DNA of 62,444 nucleotides, counting the filler, from Choristocarpus tenellus KU-1152 (lineage: Eukaryota > Protista > Phaeophyceae), in the NCBI GenBank assembly GCA_964200185.2. It is 11 parts of 11 records of this genome, joined end to end, with 100 filler letters (N's around TTAATTAATTAA, not from the genome) between each part and the next. Parts side by side here need not be neighbours in the genome. Positions count along the whole stretch, not along the records: positions 1 to 3,638 come from CAXNAD020018807.1; positions 3,739 to 6,858 come from CAXNAD020022177.1; positions 6,959 to 11,152 come from CAXNAD020015754.1; positions 11,253 to 16,372 come from CAXNAD020011808.1; 7 more parts are not named here. One strand, given 5' to 3'. The position numbers and the translations under genes are program-made. The notes beneath the pieces were generated by a model. It saw only the letters and a program-made list of their open reading frames with translations, made no database searches and was not told where the DNA came from. Shown piece by piece: positions 1 to 12,050 of this stretch (position 1 is its first letter; every line of letters starts with the position of its first letter).

Positions 1-40
1 CCTGGTGTAGACCCTCCCCCCCTCCCAGATACTTTGGGTC
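1..40. mobile_element. MITE family A, partial (right terminus)
   Basis: ggtgtagac + poly-C + agatactttgggtc terminus, as in full copies such as 46715-46895. Confidence 0.8.
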
Positions 41-314
41 AAATAATGAGGAAATAATCGAGTTATTCACATACACAAGTCTTGGGAACACCAATTTCTT
101 TAACAAGCCTTGAGCACTTAACCACACTTCAATAAGTAATGCTAGGTAGCATGTTTAAGAAATTGATGTTTACGAGACTTGTGTATGGAAGTAACTCGAT
201 TAGTTCCTTATTGTGTAGAACAGCTTGTACATGAAGTGTGGAAGGTGAAAGGAGGAGTGAACATCCAATCGGAAGGGGGGGGCTCCTGTTACAGGCACGC
301 TCCAGAAACTTACA

Positions 315-487
315 TCCACAGGATATGTAACTCCTATCCACAGGCCTATAGATGACGCTGATGCTCGTATAGGGCTCCCAGGATGCTCCATAGGATGTGT
401 AGCTCCAATCCACAGGCCTACAGATGACGCTGATGCTCATACAAGGCTCCCAGGATATTCCGACAGTCGAAGAGGTCCAATCCACAG
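315..487. repeat. Tandem repeat, about 70-bp unit, about 2.3 copies
   Basis: tccacaggccta(t/c)agatgacgctgatgctc..a.ggctcccaggat occurs twice. Confidence 0.8.
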
Positions 488-498
488 GAAAATGAGAG

Positions 499-788
499 TC
501 AGCTCAGCAGAACAGGGGTACTCTTAATGAATCAATAAGCATATGAATGAAAATCGGTATCAGTTAAGAGTGATCCCGTTTGCGTGTTTGAGCCCTTTGG
601 GAACTGAGCCATTTTGGAGCCGTTTTTAGGATCTCTTATCGGCATTTACCGTTTTGGGTTCTTTGGTTAACAGACGTTGGAATACATCTGAGAACCGTTG
701 CGACCTTCCCAAGTTACAGATTTTATTTTGTAACATATTCACGCGTGCACACTGCTTGCGCCGGTTAAAGTGCTGGAAGAAATACTAG
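499..788 (+). mobile_element. Short non-autonomous Helitron-like element
   Basis: Starts TCagctcagcagaacaggggtactc and ends ggaagaaataCTAG after a degenerate hairpin; homologous to 60566-60957 on the minus strand. Confidence 0.55.
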
Positions 789-939
789 CGCTAATTGCCT
801 GTAACATGCCCCCCAGCGTGAACTAGGTATACATGTTTCACGCTTACCACAAGCGGTTGTCACCGGTTAAGACAATAGATACGATCCGTCGCCTCAGATC
901 GTGCTGCGGCAGCATGTATTGGCTGCCATTAAATGATAG

Positions 940-2140
940 AGGGGCTCCAGTTCCAACCTTGCCAGTTGCTTCCAACACAGGGACTCCAGTTCCAAATTAA
1001 CCAGTTGTTTCCAACAAATGATCGACATATCTCCTAGTTTATTTCGAGAATAAATCCTCAAAAGTGTTAAGACACAGTCAGAATCAATAAATATCTGACC
1101 CAATCAGAGTATATATTTTTATTAAAAAAGTATATAACTCCAACTAAGTCCAGAATCGATCAACACATATCCTTGTTTTTCTTGGGATAATTTATCCCAA
1201 GAGGCATAGACTACCATCAGAGACAGTTTGCATCTGTCCTAAACTGAGTACATACTTGGTCCTTCTGAAACACACCTTCAATAGTTACGAAGCATACACC
1301 TCTGACATGGCCTAGAATAAATGGGACCCCAGTTCCGATCTCCCTATTCAAAAATGTGATTAATTTGTATCCATGTTCCCTTTAAACTGTCTGTCCATAA
1401 GGTCACAGGATACAATCTCACTCAAATTGCATCTATCTGGCCTAATCCGAGTATAGACTTGTTCCTTGTGAACTGAACGTTAAAAAGTAACATTGTATAT
1501 AGTTCTGATTAGGCCTGCAATTAATGAGTCTTCGTTCCAATCGTTCCAATCTTCCCGGTTATAAATGCAAGTGCTATCAAGGGTTAGACTTATATTATTC
1601 ATGAACTACTCGACATCTGGTTATTGCCTGTCCTATGCCTCCCAAGCACAAAGCATACTCAAAGGCTGCTAGTGTGCAAAACAGGCAACGACAAAATTAA
1701 AAAATAAAGGGCCAAATAGTAAGAATAATAAAAAAAAGAAAAAAAGGAGTAAACAGAGAGGAAAGAAAAAATGGGAGAAAAGAAGAAAGAAAAAAAATAG
1801 TAAAAAACTAAGAAAGGAGTAAAAAATAGAAAGGAAAGAAAAACAATCGGTGGATGATGAGGTTAACAAAAGGGGAAACTGAATAAAAACAAATAAAAAA
1901 GGAAGAACAAGAAAAGAAAGGAGAAAAAAAAAGTGAATAATGAGAGTAACATCTATAAAAAAAAATGAAATGAAAAATGAAGGGATGGTGGGATGGGAAC
2001 TAAAAATAAACAAATAAATAAATTTTAAAAGAAGAGAAGTATGAGAAAAAGAAAAAATATATATAAAATAGAAAATTCAAGATCACAGAGAGTTACAACA
2101 TAGAAAAGAGGAAATAAAAAAAAGTAATGAGTTTGGTGTT
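940..2140. repeat. Unclassified dispersed repeat with degenerate internal repeats and an A-rich tract
   Basis: 1503-2140 aligns by eye with 59650-60187 on another contig; 940-1560 has recurring atctg.cc.aa.c.gagta and ccagttccaa motifs. Confidence 0.65.
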
Positions 2141-2339
2141 TTTTTGTCAGTTGACTACCTCCTCGGTAGACACAGGGGTTTACTAGCGCTCTAACAGGCG
2201 CAGCCGGACTGGTTTGGTTTGAGGGTATTACATCACTCATGGCTTGACTGTCATCACCTTCTTCTGGAGTCTCGCTATTTCCTCATCTGAGTGTATCAGG
2301 AAATGTTCCCTCAGCTGTTTCCAAGCCTCAAGCCACGGG

Positions 2340-3598
2340 GATAAGACCCCAAATCACTTTCTCGAAGATGTTGGACCGGGTTGGCCAGATGGTGATCATG
2401 GGGCATGTGATGTCTGAGCAGGTGCTTGAAGTCGCCATGTTAGATTGTTTGGATGGTGATTGCCGGATTATCAAACACTATCTCCAACATATCACAAAAG
2501 TGAGCGATCGAGGGCTAAAATACAACAAACTGCTCAATCACGGTATTTCTCCATCCAATGGGAGGTAGGAGATTGTGGAGAGCCTGGAAGCGCTCTGGCC
2601 ACAAGGACTGTTAAAAAGGCTGGCTGAGGTGGCAGCCGTGATACATCTGGTCATCGTATGGACCCTGGGACGACAGGATCCCGTCCCAGGGGGCTAACCA
2701 AGGCCCGAGGGAACATGATAAGTGTGGATTGGTTAGGCATTTTGGGTCCTGTACGTTTGGAGGACCGTGTTACAGCTGCGGGAAGATTGGCCACCTGTGA
2801 GCTGTGTGCCCATAGAGGAAGACACACACGTTAAAGTCGGCGGGAATACTAGCTGAACCAGACGAACCAGGTAGGGACTCAAGGAAGCTCAAGACCACAT
2901 TAGCCACTGTGGCTAATAACGGCAAGGTGAGAATAGATGCTTTTGAAACATGGTGTTTTGATTCGGGGGTGCTTCCAAGAGTGTAACCAAAGACTCAAAG
3001 TACATGTATGACTTCACCACATGTCCACAAGGCCACAACATGACCGTGGTTGACGGCACATCACTACCCATTGTGGAGTATGGCAAGATTGATATGGATT
3101 TCAATGCTGACCGCGATGAGTGGGTGCATGTTACTTTGATGTCTGTTGCACTTGTCCCGACGATAGCTTTCAATCTTCTCTCTTCACATTCTGCTGATAG
3201 GACTAAGGAAGTGACTATCAAATTGACTTGTGACGTGTATCATATATCTGATAGGGGGGGTCTCCAAATTGTTTTAAAGTGGAATGGCTCCATGTACACT
3301 GCCAATGTCAAAAGACCCCACCCCCAGAAGACACACTTTTGGCCACAACTGCATCTGCAACACCCATGCACATCGGGTTTTTTCATCGCATCCTCAATCA
3401 TGCTGGAGAGAAAATTCTTCGATACTCGGCAAAGGAACAAGGAATCACACTGTCTGGAAACTTAGCGTCAACAAAGTGCATAGGGTGCGCAAAAGGGATT
3501 AGGATAAGAGATCCAGTCCCAAAATCCACCACTGCACGAGCTAGGGGATGTTGAAACCTGAATCGAATGCATTGTGATGTCCATGACGTTCTGCATAC
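2340..3598 (+). mobile_element. Degenerate Ty1/Copia gag-protease-integrase N-terminal fragment
   Basis: Zinc knuckle CYSCGKIGHL*AVC (about 2768), protease ETWCFDSG (about 2945), integrase-associated HHCC-type motif FHRILNH...CIGC (about 3380-3490); stops and frameshifts present; cut by a MITE at 3599. Confidence 0.85.
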
Positions 3599-3638
3599 GA
3601 GCCAAAGTATCTTAGAGGGTAGAGCCGCGTCCATTTGG
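3599..3638. mobile_element. MITE family B, partial
   Basis: gagccaaagtatcttagagggtagagccgcgtccatttgg at the contig end. Confidence 0.8.
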
Positions 3639-5629
3639 NNNNNNNNNNNNNNNNNNNNNNNNNNNNNNNNNNNNNNNNNNNNTTAATTAATTAANNNNNN
3701 NNNNNNNNNNNNNNNNNNNNNNNNNNNNNNNNNNNNNNCCCCCGAAATCTCCACCCTTTCCCTCCCCGCCCCTCTTCCGATCCCCGTTGAGCGTGGGCCC
3801 CACTTGTCTTCACCCCCCCCCCCCCCCCCCCTGCAGGTTCATTCGAAGAAGGGTGATAGCTTCTTGTTCAGTTCAAATGGTCACCTGCAACACCGTCAGA
3901 TGGTGTCAAGACATGCGTTGAAGGCGTTTGATGTGCCACGCTGTTGTAAACATTTTGGCATCAATTGGTTTCAAATAGAATCTCTTAACTGTTCTGAACA
4001 GAGATTCCCAACGGGCATATCCTGGCAAAGGATTGTAATGATTCCCCTTTGAAAATGTGTTCTGGGCCCTTGCAATGCTCCATGCATTGATAAATCAAGG
4101 TGTCTGCTGTACAACAGCAAATGAGTTCAAGTTTGACTTCAAGTTTGGAACTATGTCATCATCTTACCAATTGTCATTGTAATTATTATCTTCACATATT
4201 GTGTGGACAACCCCAACCTGTGGTCAGAGGCACTGACTGTCGACCACATCTCACTCTATATATTGTAACTGACTGCTGCACTACAAGCAAATCATACTGC
4301 CTCTGTGCTTTTCTTCTTGTGTGTTGAGTTCAGACATCCCGCCGGTCATTGCTCCGCCTCCTCCCTTTCATGTTGTGCTGGACAAGCCTTGATTTGGCAA
4401 TAGAGCCTTTTCCTCATTCTTGGTGTGGCGTTTTGTGGTACAGTGACAGGTTGCATTGTACAGGTGTACAATCGGTAGTCTTGCTACATGGACTTTGGTT
4501 GATTGAACCAGAGTTCCATTTTTGAAAGTCTAAGTCCGTTAGGGTTCAGGAATGAGACATACGTGAAGGAAATACCGTCCTTTATCCACTGAGCGACAAG
4601 GACACTCACGTAGTTGCTACAAGTGTTAGAGGTGGAGTTGCACCAGTATGGTGGCATCCCACACTCACCACTTTTCGTGTAACTTTAGCAACGCGTGACT
4701 ACAAAAATAAGGGTTAATGGATGGTTTAGATATGTGTTGGAGACGGCACTCAATGATATAATGTCTCTTTAGGTTGCAAATAATTAAGATCAGTTCGACC
4801 AAGAATTGTACAAAGTATAAACCAGTGTTCCAAGTTTTGGCTATTCCCCCACCTGTTTTGTGTGTACCACATATCTTCCTTCTCAATTGCTTTTGCTGAT
4901 CACAGCAACCTTGATTTTTTTTGTTTTTTGTTACGAACTATTTGTTATCAAGAGTCAAAGCCGAAGAGAGGTACCCAGAGTTGAGTTTTAACGAAGTAGG
5001 CATAATTGTACAAAACTCGACTTTTTTTTACAAATCTGTGTAGGATATGTTCCGAATAATTGTGTCAAAAACTTTAAAAGATGGACAGATCAACACTTTC
5101 AAGTCAAACTTTCCACTACTTCATCCATAAAAAAGGGAGAAAGTTTATGAAGTAATCTGAGTTTTGTGGGCGGAAGAATTCTGGTTGGTTGGGGGCACAA
5201 GGCAAGGAAGGGGACAGTACAGAAATATAAGTATTAAGGAGGGAACGAAGAGTTAAATATTGAGTAGTTAAGGAAATAGGTGGCAGACAGAGTCACAAAG
5301 GGAGAAGGAATGAACAGTATTGAATCGAATGAGGAAACCTGAGGCTGGGGGACAAGACGAGGAGGGCCAGATCAAGAGGACCCACGAGCAAGCTTTCCCG
5401 CCCACCCGCCCCTGTCGCTTGCTCACGACCACCTTGGATCTTAGGGTGGGAGGGGAGGTCAAGTTCGGGCAGGGTAGATGTCTTTTAGCTCGAAGGCATG
5501 GTATGAAGGGGATGCTGAAGCGGGGTTCTTGAATGATTGTGGAGTGGTAAGTGGGGTGGGGTTGACTGAAGTGGTAACTGGTGTGGGGTTGACTGGGGTT
5601 GAATAGGGTTGAAAGGGGTGGTAGAGACC

Positions 5630-5840
5630 GGCAATCAATGGTGAAAGGGGTCGCACTGGTTGGTCATCGGATAGGGGGGGTGACGAAATTATCAGTGGTG
5701 AAGGGGGGTCGCCCTGGTTGGTCATCAGATGTGGGGGTGACTGGAAATCAGGGGTGAAGGGGGGTTCGCCCTGGTTGGTCATCAGAGGTGGACGGTGGCT
5801 AGAAATCAGTGGCGAAGAGGTCGCACTGGTTGGTCACAAG
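5630..5840. repeat. Tandem repeat, about 56-60-bp unit, about 4 copies
   Basis: aatca.tggtgaagggg..tcgc(a/c)ctggttggtca repeated. Confidence 0.8.
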
Positions 5841-6806
5841 GGTTGTTAGAATGTGGGGAGAAAAGGGAATAGGGAGGAATACAAATGTAGAATAAAATAA
5901 TAATATTCCAGAATTCATGAGCAAAACAAAAGGGTGAATTCCAAGAGATTGATAAACTAAAATATAATACAAACAAATAGAAGCTGGTTATTATGTCTCG
6001 TTTACTTTGCCTCCAAGTCAATGTCAGTAGTTGCAGCATGAAAAGTGTTACAGTGCATGTTGAATAAATGCTGGGGAACACAAGGATTTGCATTGGCTGT
6101 TTCAGACAAAATGGTGCATTTTAGTAGGAAAAGCTTCTGAATCTGTAGGTACAATTTCAATGTAGAAAAGAGAGACGAAAGATCTGGAACTTCTAGAAGT
6201 AGTGTTGTTCTAGATGTTTGCCATTATTGAGAAGAAAGACACCTACACAATCTCAATTCCGAATCTCCATCAAGACCACCAAACTCTTCTCCAGAGAGCG
6301 ATACAAGTACAACAAGATGAAAGTGACAATATACAAAAACATACATCTTTCAAGACATGCTTAAGCAAAGTCATTGTCTTTAAATCCATTTCCATACATG
6401 TTCAAATATCATTCTTCTCTCAATATTTTGTATATTATTTTCTGCTTTTGAAAAGTCTGCATTTGATTTGACCTCCAGAACAATTCTATTTGATCGATAC
6501 TATCTCCTCTATCAATCAAGAACCCAACTACAGCAACACCATCATCAACTATAGAGTGTTGGCAGCCGCCTCCTACATCAACTTTGTCTTGGCATAACTT
6601 TTGATCAACAAATTTTTCATGAAAATTCGTTTGTTGTAATTGCATCTGCATGCTTAACCTTATTTGATGGGTCTCGATTGCCCAACTTGCAGTAATCGTG
6701 AGAAATATAGGACCATACTTGAATCAAGTATTCCGCGCGCGAACCACGCATGTAAGGATATTTTGATGCCAGAAGAGGTCATCTTCACCTGGAGAACATG
6801 GGTGTT

Positions 6807-6858
6807 GACCCGAAGTATCTGGGGGGGGGGGGGTTCTACAGCAGGGTGTCCATTTGGG
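6807..6858. mobile_element. MITE family A, partial
   Basis: gacccgaagtatct + poly-G + cagggtgtccatttggg at the contig end. Confidence 0.8.
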
Positions 6859-6958
6859 NNNNNNNNNNNNNNNNNNNNNNNNNNNNNNNNNNNNNNNNNN
6901 NNTTAATTAATTAANNNNNNNNNNNNNNNNNNNNNNNNNNNNNNNNNNNNNNNNNNNN

Positions 6959-7022
6959 ATCGTGACATGAAAAAATTGACCCCAAATAGACAGCCACCAC
7001 CCCCTCCCAGATAATTTGAGCC
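6959..7022. mobile_element. MITE family A, partial
   Basis: ccccaaatagacagccaccaccccctcccagataatttgagcc at the contig start. Confidence 0.8.
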
Positions 7023-7037
7023 ATACTGTGCCTTCAC

Positions 7038-10000
7038 CTTGAGATGTCGGGCAAGGAGCTCGATCACAAGCCTTTCAAACCATTCCTGGTCTTCCCTGCT
7101 GATGAGGCGGTCGTAGAACACCCTGGAGCACTCATGGATCCACAGACGAATTACAGTGTCCACTGTGGTGCATTTTGCAGCAGTGATCATGAGTATACCC
7201 TGAAAAACCTTGGAGATGTCCCGCAGGTTAAATGTGTAATGAAACCTGAGTGTGAGGGAAATGTAGTAGGAGTTGTGAGCCAAAACAAACGGGAGGTATC
7301 GAGGTTTTGACTATTTCGCATTTTGCAACAATTTTTCCACCTTTCGCACTTAACCCTTACTTCAAAAAATGAAGTACTTACATAGACTTGAGAGCATTAA
7401 TTTCTCTATTGTTCGAAATATTTTTAACAGGATTTCGAAAATTTCCTATACATATTGTCAGCATCCTCAAAATGCAACCTTGGTACCTCTTGTTCACTCT
7501 GACTCTGTTATATTATGTACCCAACCTGTTTTCTTGGAATGGATCAATTACTGTTTTAATCTTCAGTTCTCGCCCTACTGTAGGCAATTTTCCCCATTTA
7601 GTAGAAAGGGATGGAAAAAAAAAGAGTTCATTTTGTGTCCGAGACGCTTGTTTTGGACTCCGAGGAGGGATCAGAGACTAGTATCACCTCATTTTTCTGT
7701 TGCTGAGAAACCCCACAATTGAATATGGAGACATAAAAATGTTTCATCAAGAGCTGTGCGCTGTTCATTTGATAATAAAAGAAAAGGATACATTGATTCA
7801 AGAAGTATACATGTTGCTACCTCCCTGTGACAGGGGGAGTATGAGACAGAAAAATGTTTCATCAAGAGCTGTGTGCTGTTCAATTGATAAAAAAAGGAAA
7901 GGATATATTGATTCAAGAAGTATACATGATGCTACCTCCCTGTGACAGGGGGAGTATGATAAATCTCATACACTGAGTGCTTTATATGAGCTCTGAGTGA
8001 AAGTATCTTAGAGGGTACGAGTTTTGCCCTGTTTATCCGTTTAGGTCTTGGCTTCCCATGGGGGTTTTTATGACATTATCCTACTCCGAAATGTTTCGGA
8101 GTAGTTAAAATGTGTACGTTATGAAAAGGTGTGTCCAGAACATGAATATTGACACTCCCTAACAAACATGATAATCAAAATTACATCAAAATCGCAACAT
8201 TGGATTTTGGCCCCCAAATGGACGCGACTTTACCCTCTAAGATACTTTGGCTCTCTAAGTGCTCATTATAAAAAATATACTGAATAAGTACATAGATCAC
8301 CTGTTCTTGATACTAGAAAATCTGTCAATATGGTGGTAGGTACTATTTGACTTGAAGAACTTTCTCAACAAGAGGAATGAGTGTTTAAAGTGATGAAAAT
8401 TCGATTCCTTGAGAAAACGGACCAGGCGAGACGCTTGAATTGGCTGCAGTCCACCAAGCACAGTTCCATCACAGCGCCAAACAAAATGATCATGATAAAA
8501 TAGCCCCTTGCATGTTCCCGCACTAACCACAGGAATACCCGATGTATGAAACATTTACCTGCACCCTATAATTGTCCTTGTGGAATAAACACAGGAGCTC
8601 TGAGAATATATATTTTGCATTGACATGAAGTTTTGACACATTTGGTTGAAAACAACACTTCTTGAGACAAAATTGTGGGGCTGCTTAGTGACTGAGTAAA
8701 AATTCACCTTGATAAATTTGCTTGGTTGTAGACTGCTGCCATCAGGTACGGACTGTGTCAAGATAACATGGTCAGTATAAAATCGCATTCCAAATTCTAA
8801 ATGGTGTCTATTGTCTTCAGAAGTACTCTGGAATGTTTCATTACAAATGGTGTCATCATCATTTCAAACACTCTCTTATGTATCTATGACTGTTGGCACT
8901 AAGTGTACGGGCATTGTCCAGACTCTTGGGCGGTACCCTCCTTGCCATGCTGTGTAACAGCCTGCACACATTGTGTGAGCAGCATACAGGAAGATAACCA
9001 ATCATATCTTTTTTAGCTTTGCAACCCTCTACTGCATAGAATCCTTCAATGCTACCGTGACAGTCCCGATATGTGGATCACTTAGCGCAAATATGACTGC
9101 CTAGCACATTCTTAGACAGCTGTACACCTAAAATTAGAAAGGTGAAAGGGGGTTGATCTGACCACAGATGTTTGGTGATAAAACTCGAATTAAATAATCG
9201 TATTTTTGCTGTGGGTCTTCGATAAGAAAGATGATTGGAGGTGGAAGCGACCATTGGGCAATGTGGTGAATACTTGCACCCTGAGGAGAGTAGAATAATA
9301 GCACTAACCTTGTGTTCTCTGTCTTTGCCAACCAGGCATACATAGTACAGTAGCAGGAGGGAAGCTGTGAACTAGGTGCGGATAAAAGCTGTTCAAGACA
9401 GGAAATCACCTGGTGGTTGTGTTGTGCTCCTATCAGGTACAACCTCCTTTCCTCTGCTGGTCACACATTGCACACTCCATTTTTACAGTGTCAATGCAAA
9501 GCATAATTCTTCTCTATAGATCCTTTGCAATGTCCTAGCCCTTATCCTCTCTCTCTCTAGTAGATGCATATCCATTTTCCTTTTTTATCTACTCATCACA
9601 TCAGAAAAATAATTGCCAATCTCGACATTGTATCTGATATTCATCATATACCTTGCAGGGGTGGGAAGTAGCTCCTGAGATATTCGCTCATACACTTCAA
9701 TCGTGGAATTTACCATTCCGTCCGCCCTGCCCTTGATCTCCGATTCAAACTTCTGACTCAAGAACCCCTGCAGAAATATCACAGCAGGCGGATAAGGGTT
9801 TGATAGTCAAGACATATATTATGCATGAGTGTGCCAGCAGGGGTCTGTCAAGGTAATCAGATCGTGTGAGACTAGTGCCATGGCGGTATTGTGGCATCTC
9901 AATATCTTGACAGGGAGGGCCCTGCTGTGATCTCAAAAAAGACAACACAATGTGCTTATATTAAACCCAACAAAAGCAACTGGAAAAGAGCAACACAAAT

Positions 10001-10953
10001 CCTGTTTTCACCAGAACTCCTCCGAATCTCTTCTTGTCCCACTTGCTCTAGACTTCTCCCAAGATGCACAGCTTTGGTGGAAGCATCTCTACAGCTCTAC
10101 TCCCTCAATAATCTGTTTATTTCTCCGCATAATCCCTGAGTATGCTCACTGTCAAAGGTAATCCAGAAAAAATAAAGAAACACTGCATCACACAAGTACT
10201 CACGACGGAGTGTGCTAAACAGAAGCATCACATCAACGCTAGTACAATTTATTTTCAGATCATGTCACAAACCTTTAGCATGGAGGAAAAGATAAGGTGC
10301 ATGGCAGAAGATGATGCCTGGGGTATACAGAAAACGTTGAAATGCCGCACGAATCGTGGTGTGACCTCACTACGGCCGCCCCCTGGCGGGGCTGCCCCAG
10401 TCATGAGCATGGTATCAGTCATGTCTTTCCAGAAGAGCTTATCCCTGTCATAGAAGCCCTACCGTTGAACAGTGAGAGGGGTTGGATTCATTAAGGGATC
10501 ACTCAACCATTTCCCTCGTCGCTTACATACTAGAACCAGTTTGTTTAGAATAGCGATTACTTGCTCTAACCATCAATTCTCCCAGAGTACAATTTAATTA
10601 ATTTGTGTGGCGCATATATATAGGGTCAGGGATGTTGTCCACATAAGTGAGAGCGTGAAAGACTGTTCATCTTTTTCTTTTGTTTCCCCTGAATGCCCAG
10701 AACAGGTAAAACATCCAGTTGCATTGGGAGATAGCCATAGAGAAAATGTATCATGAGATGTACAACACATTGTGAAATATCATAGCAACAAAAACAGCAC
10801 ACTTCCCCTGAGTGTGCTTCTCTCTCCCTCTCCCTCGTGGGTTTAGAAAGCCCTCACCTTGAAGTCCAGGAACTGACGGAGCAGCTCGACTGGAGGTTGT
10901 GCCCCATACTCCTCCACAATCGGCATGTTGATGTCGTCCACAAAGAATATAAT
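7038..10953 (-). CDS. DNAH6: Axonemal inner-arm dynein heavy chain (DNAH6-like), AAA3 region; internal 4-exon fragment
   Basis: Exons 10953-10858, 10458-10273, 9767-9652, 7245-7038 join in phase across GT-AG introns: [43 protein letters not shown]...[19 protein letters not shown].../...[23 protein letters not shown]...[15 protein letters not shown]. Dynein identity is secure; the DNAH6 subfamily call rests on recalled similarity of GFYDRxKLFWK. Confidence 0.92.
7728..7959. repeat. 115-bp tandem duplication (intronic)
   Basis: gagaca.aaaaatgtttcatcaagagctgtg...ctccctgtgacagggggagtat starts at 7728 and again at 7843. Confidence 0.9.
7995..8253. mobile_element. MITE family B, full length
   Basis: TIRs gagtgaaagtatcttagagggta ... 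taccctctaagatactttggctc; flanking direct repeat (c)tct. Confidence 0.9.
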
Positions 10954-11070
10954 CTTTGCATTGAGAATTCAAAGTTGTCAGAATATGCATGACCAGGATA
11001 AGAGGTGAGTCTCACAATACATGTCAAACCTTTTGTTAGGATGAGAATATTTTTTCTTTATTATCTATTA

Positions 11071-11152
11071 GGCTCAAAGTATCTGGGGGGGGGGGGGGGG
11101 GGGGGGGTGACCACCTTTCCATAGTTGCCCATGTTTTTTGTTTCCGGTTTTT
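11071..11152. mobile_element. MITE family A, partial
   Basis: ggctcaaagtatct + poly-G running into the contig end. Confidence 0.75.
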
Positions 11153-11483
11153 NNNNNNNNNNNNNNNNNNNNNNNNNNNNNNNNNNNNNNNNNNNNTTAA
11201 TTAATTAANNNNNNNNNNNNNNNNNNNNNNNNNNNNNNNNNNNNNNNNNNNNCCATTCTTGGTTGAAAACATTTTGTCTTGCCTTGGCATTGCTGCGCAA
11301 TCGGTTAATCTCCAAAGGCAAGGAGAAGTAGATGCCGTGTAGGATGTATGTCTAAGGTCATATTTGGACATTTATTACCTCCGTACCAATACCCTAACCC
11401 TATTCCTATCCCTAACCCTGACCATAGTAATTACTAGCTAAACCCTTGTATGTTTTTCACGCCATAAAAAAAAATAGCCCCCA

Positions 11484-11596
11484 GATCCAAAGTATCTGGG
11501 TGGGGGGGGGGGGGGGGGGGGGGTGTTATAGAGAGGTTTTCTTGGTGGAAAAAAAGAGAAAAGGGNNNNNNNNNNGATAGCAGGAGAGGGAAAGGA

Positions 11597-11652
<56 letters not shown>

Positions 11653-11802
11653 ATGTATACCAGGGTGTCCATTTGGTCAAAATCGGGAAAAGTGCATTTT
11701 CATTGTCCATCCAACGTATGCAACCAAATCACCGGAAAATCGAGTTATGAAAAGGTTGACCCCAAATGGACAGCCGCCACCCCCTCCCAGATACTTTGAG
11801 CC
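11484..11802. mobile_element. MITE family A spanning a 10-N gap
   Basis: gatccaaagtatctggg ... cccagatactttgagcc; poly-G region is poorly assembled. Confidence 0.75.
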
Positions 11803-12050
11803 CGCACAAAAAATGTAGGTGCTGGCGGTACATATCCACCTAGTCCAAATTTCTTAATGACAGGAAATAGGCTCGATAAGATTGCCAAATACTCCGGAGT
11901 AAGGGACTTGAGTAAGGCACTTGGAATCATGTATACACCTGACAGGACATACCAAGAATTGGAGGAGACGTTAACTTCTTGTATATTAAAAGCAGCACTT
12001 TCCTTCAACAATAAGAGGGGAGGGATTTACATAGGACAGAGCTGACTTCT

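Noticed and set aside
315-487. CRISPR-like appearance of short repeats (also 5630-5840 and 60709-60790)
   Set aside because: These are tandem units without unique spacers, no cas genes are present, and the context is eukaryotic.
1669-2240. Phe/Leu-rich 'membrane protein' ORFs (also 59765-60119)
   Set aside because: Translations of the T-rich strand of an A-rich repeat.
3639-3738. Repeated N44-TTAATTAATTAA-N44 blocks (10 occurrences)
   Set aside because: Artificial contig linkers with stops in all six frames; not biological.
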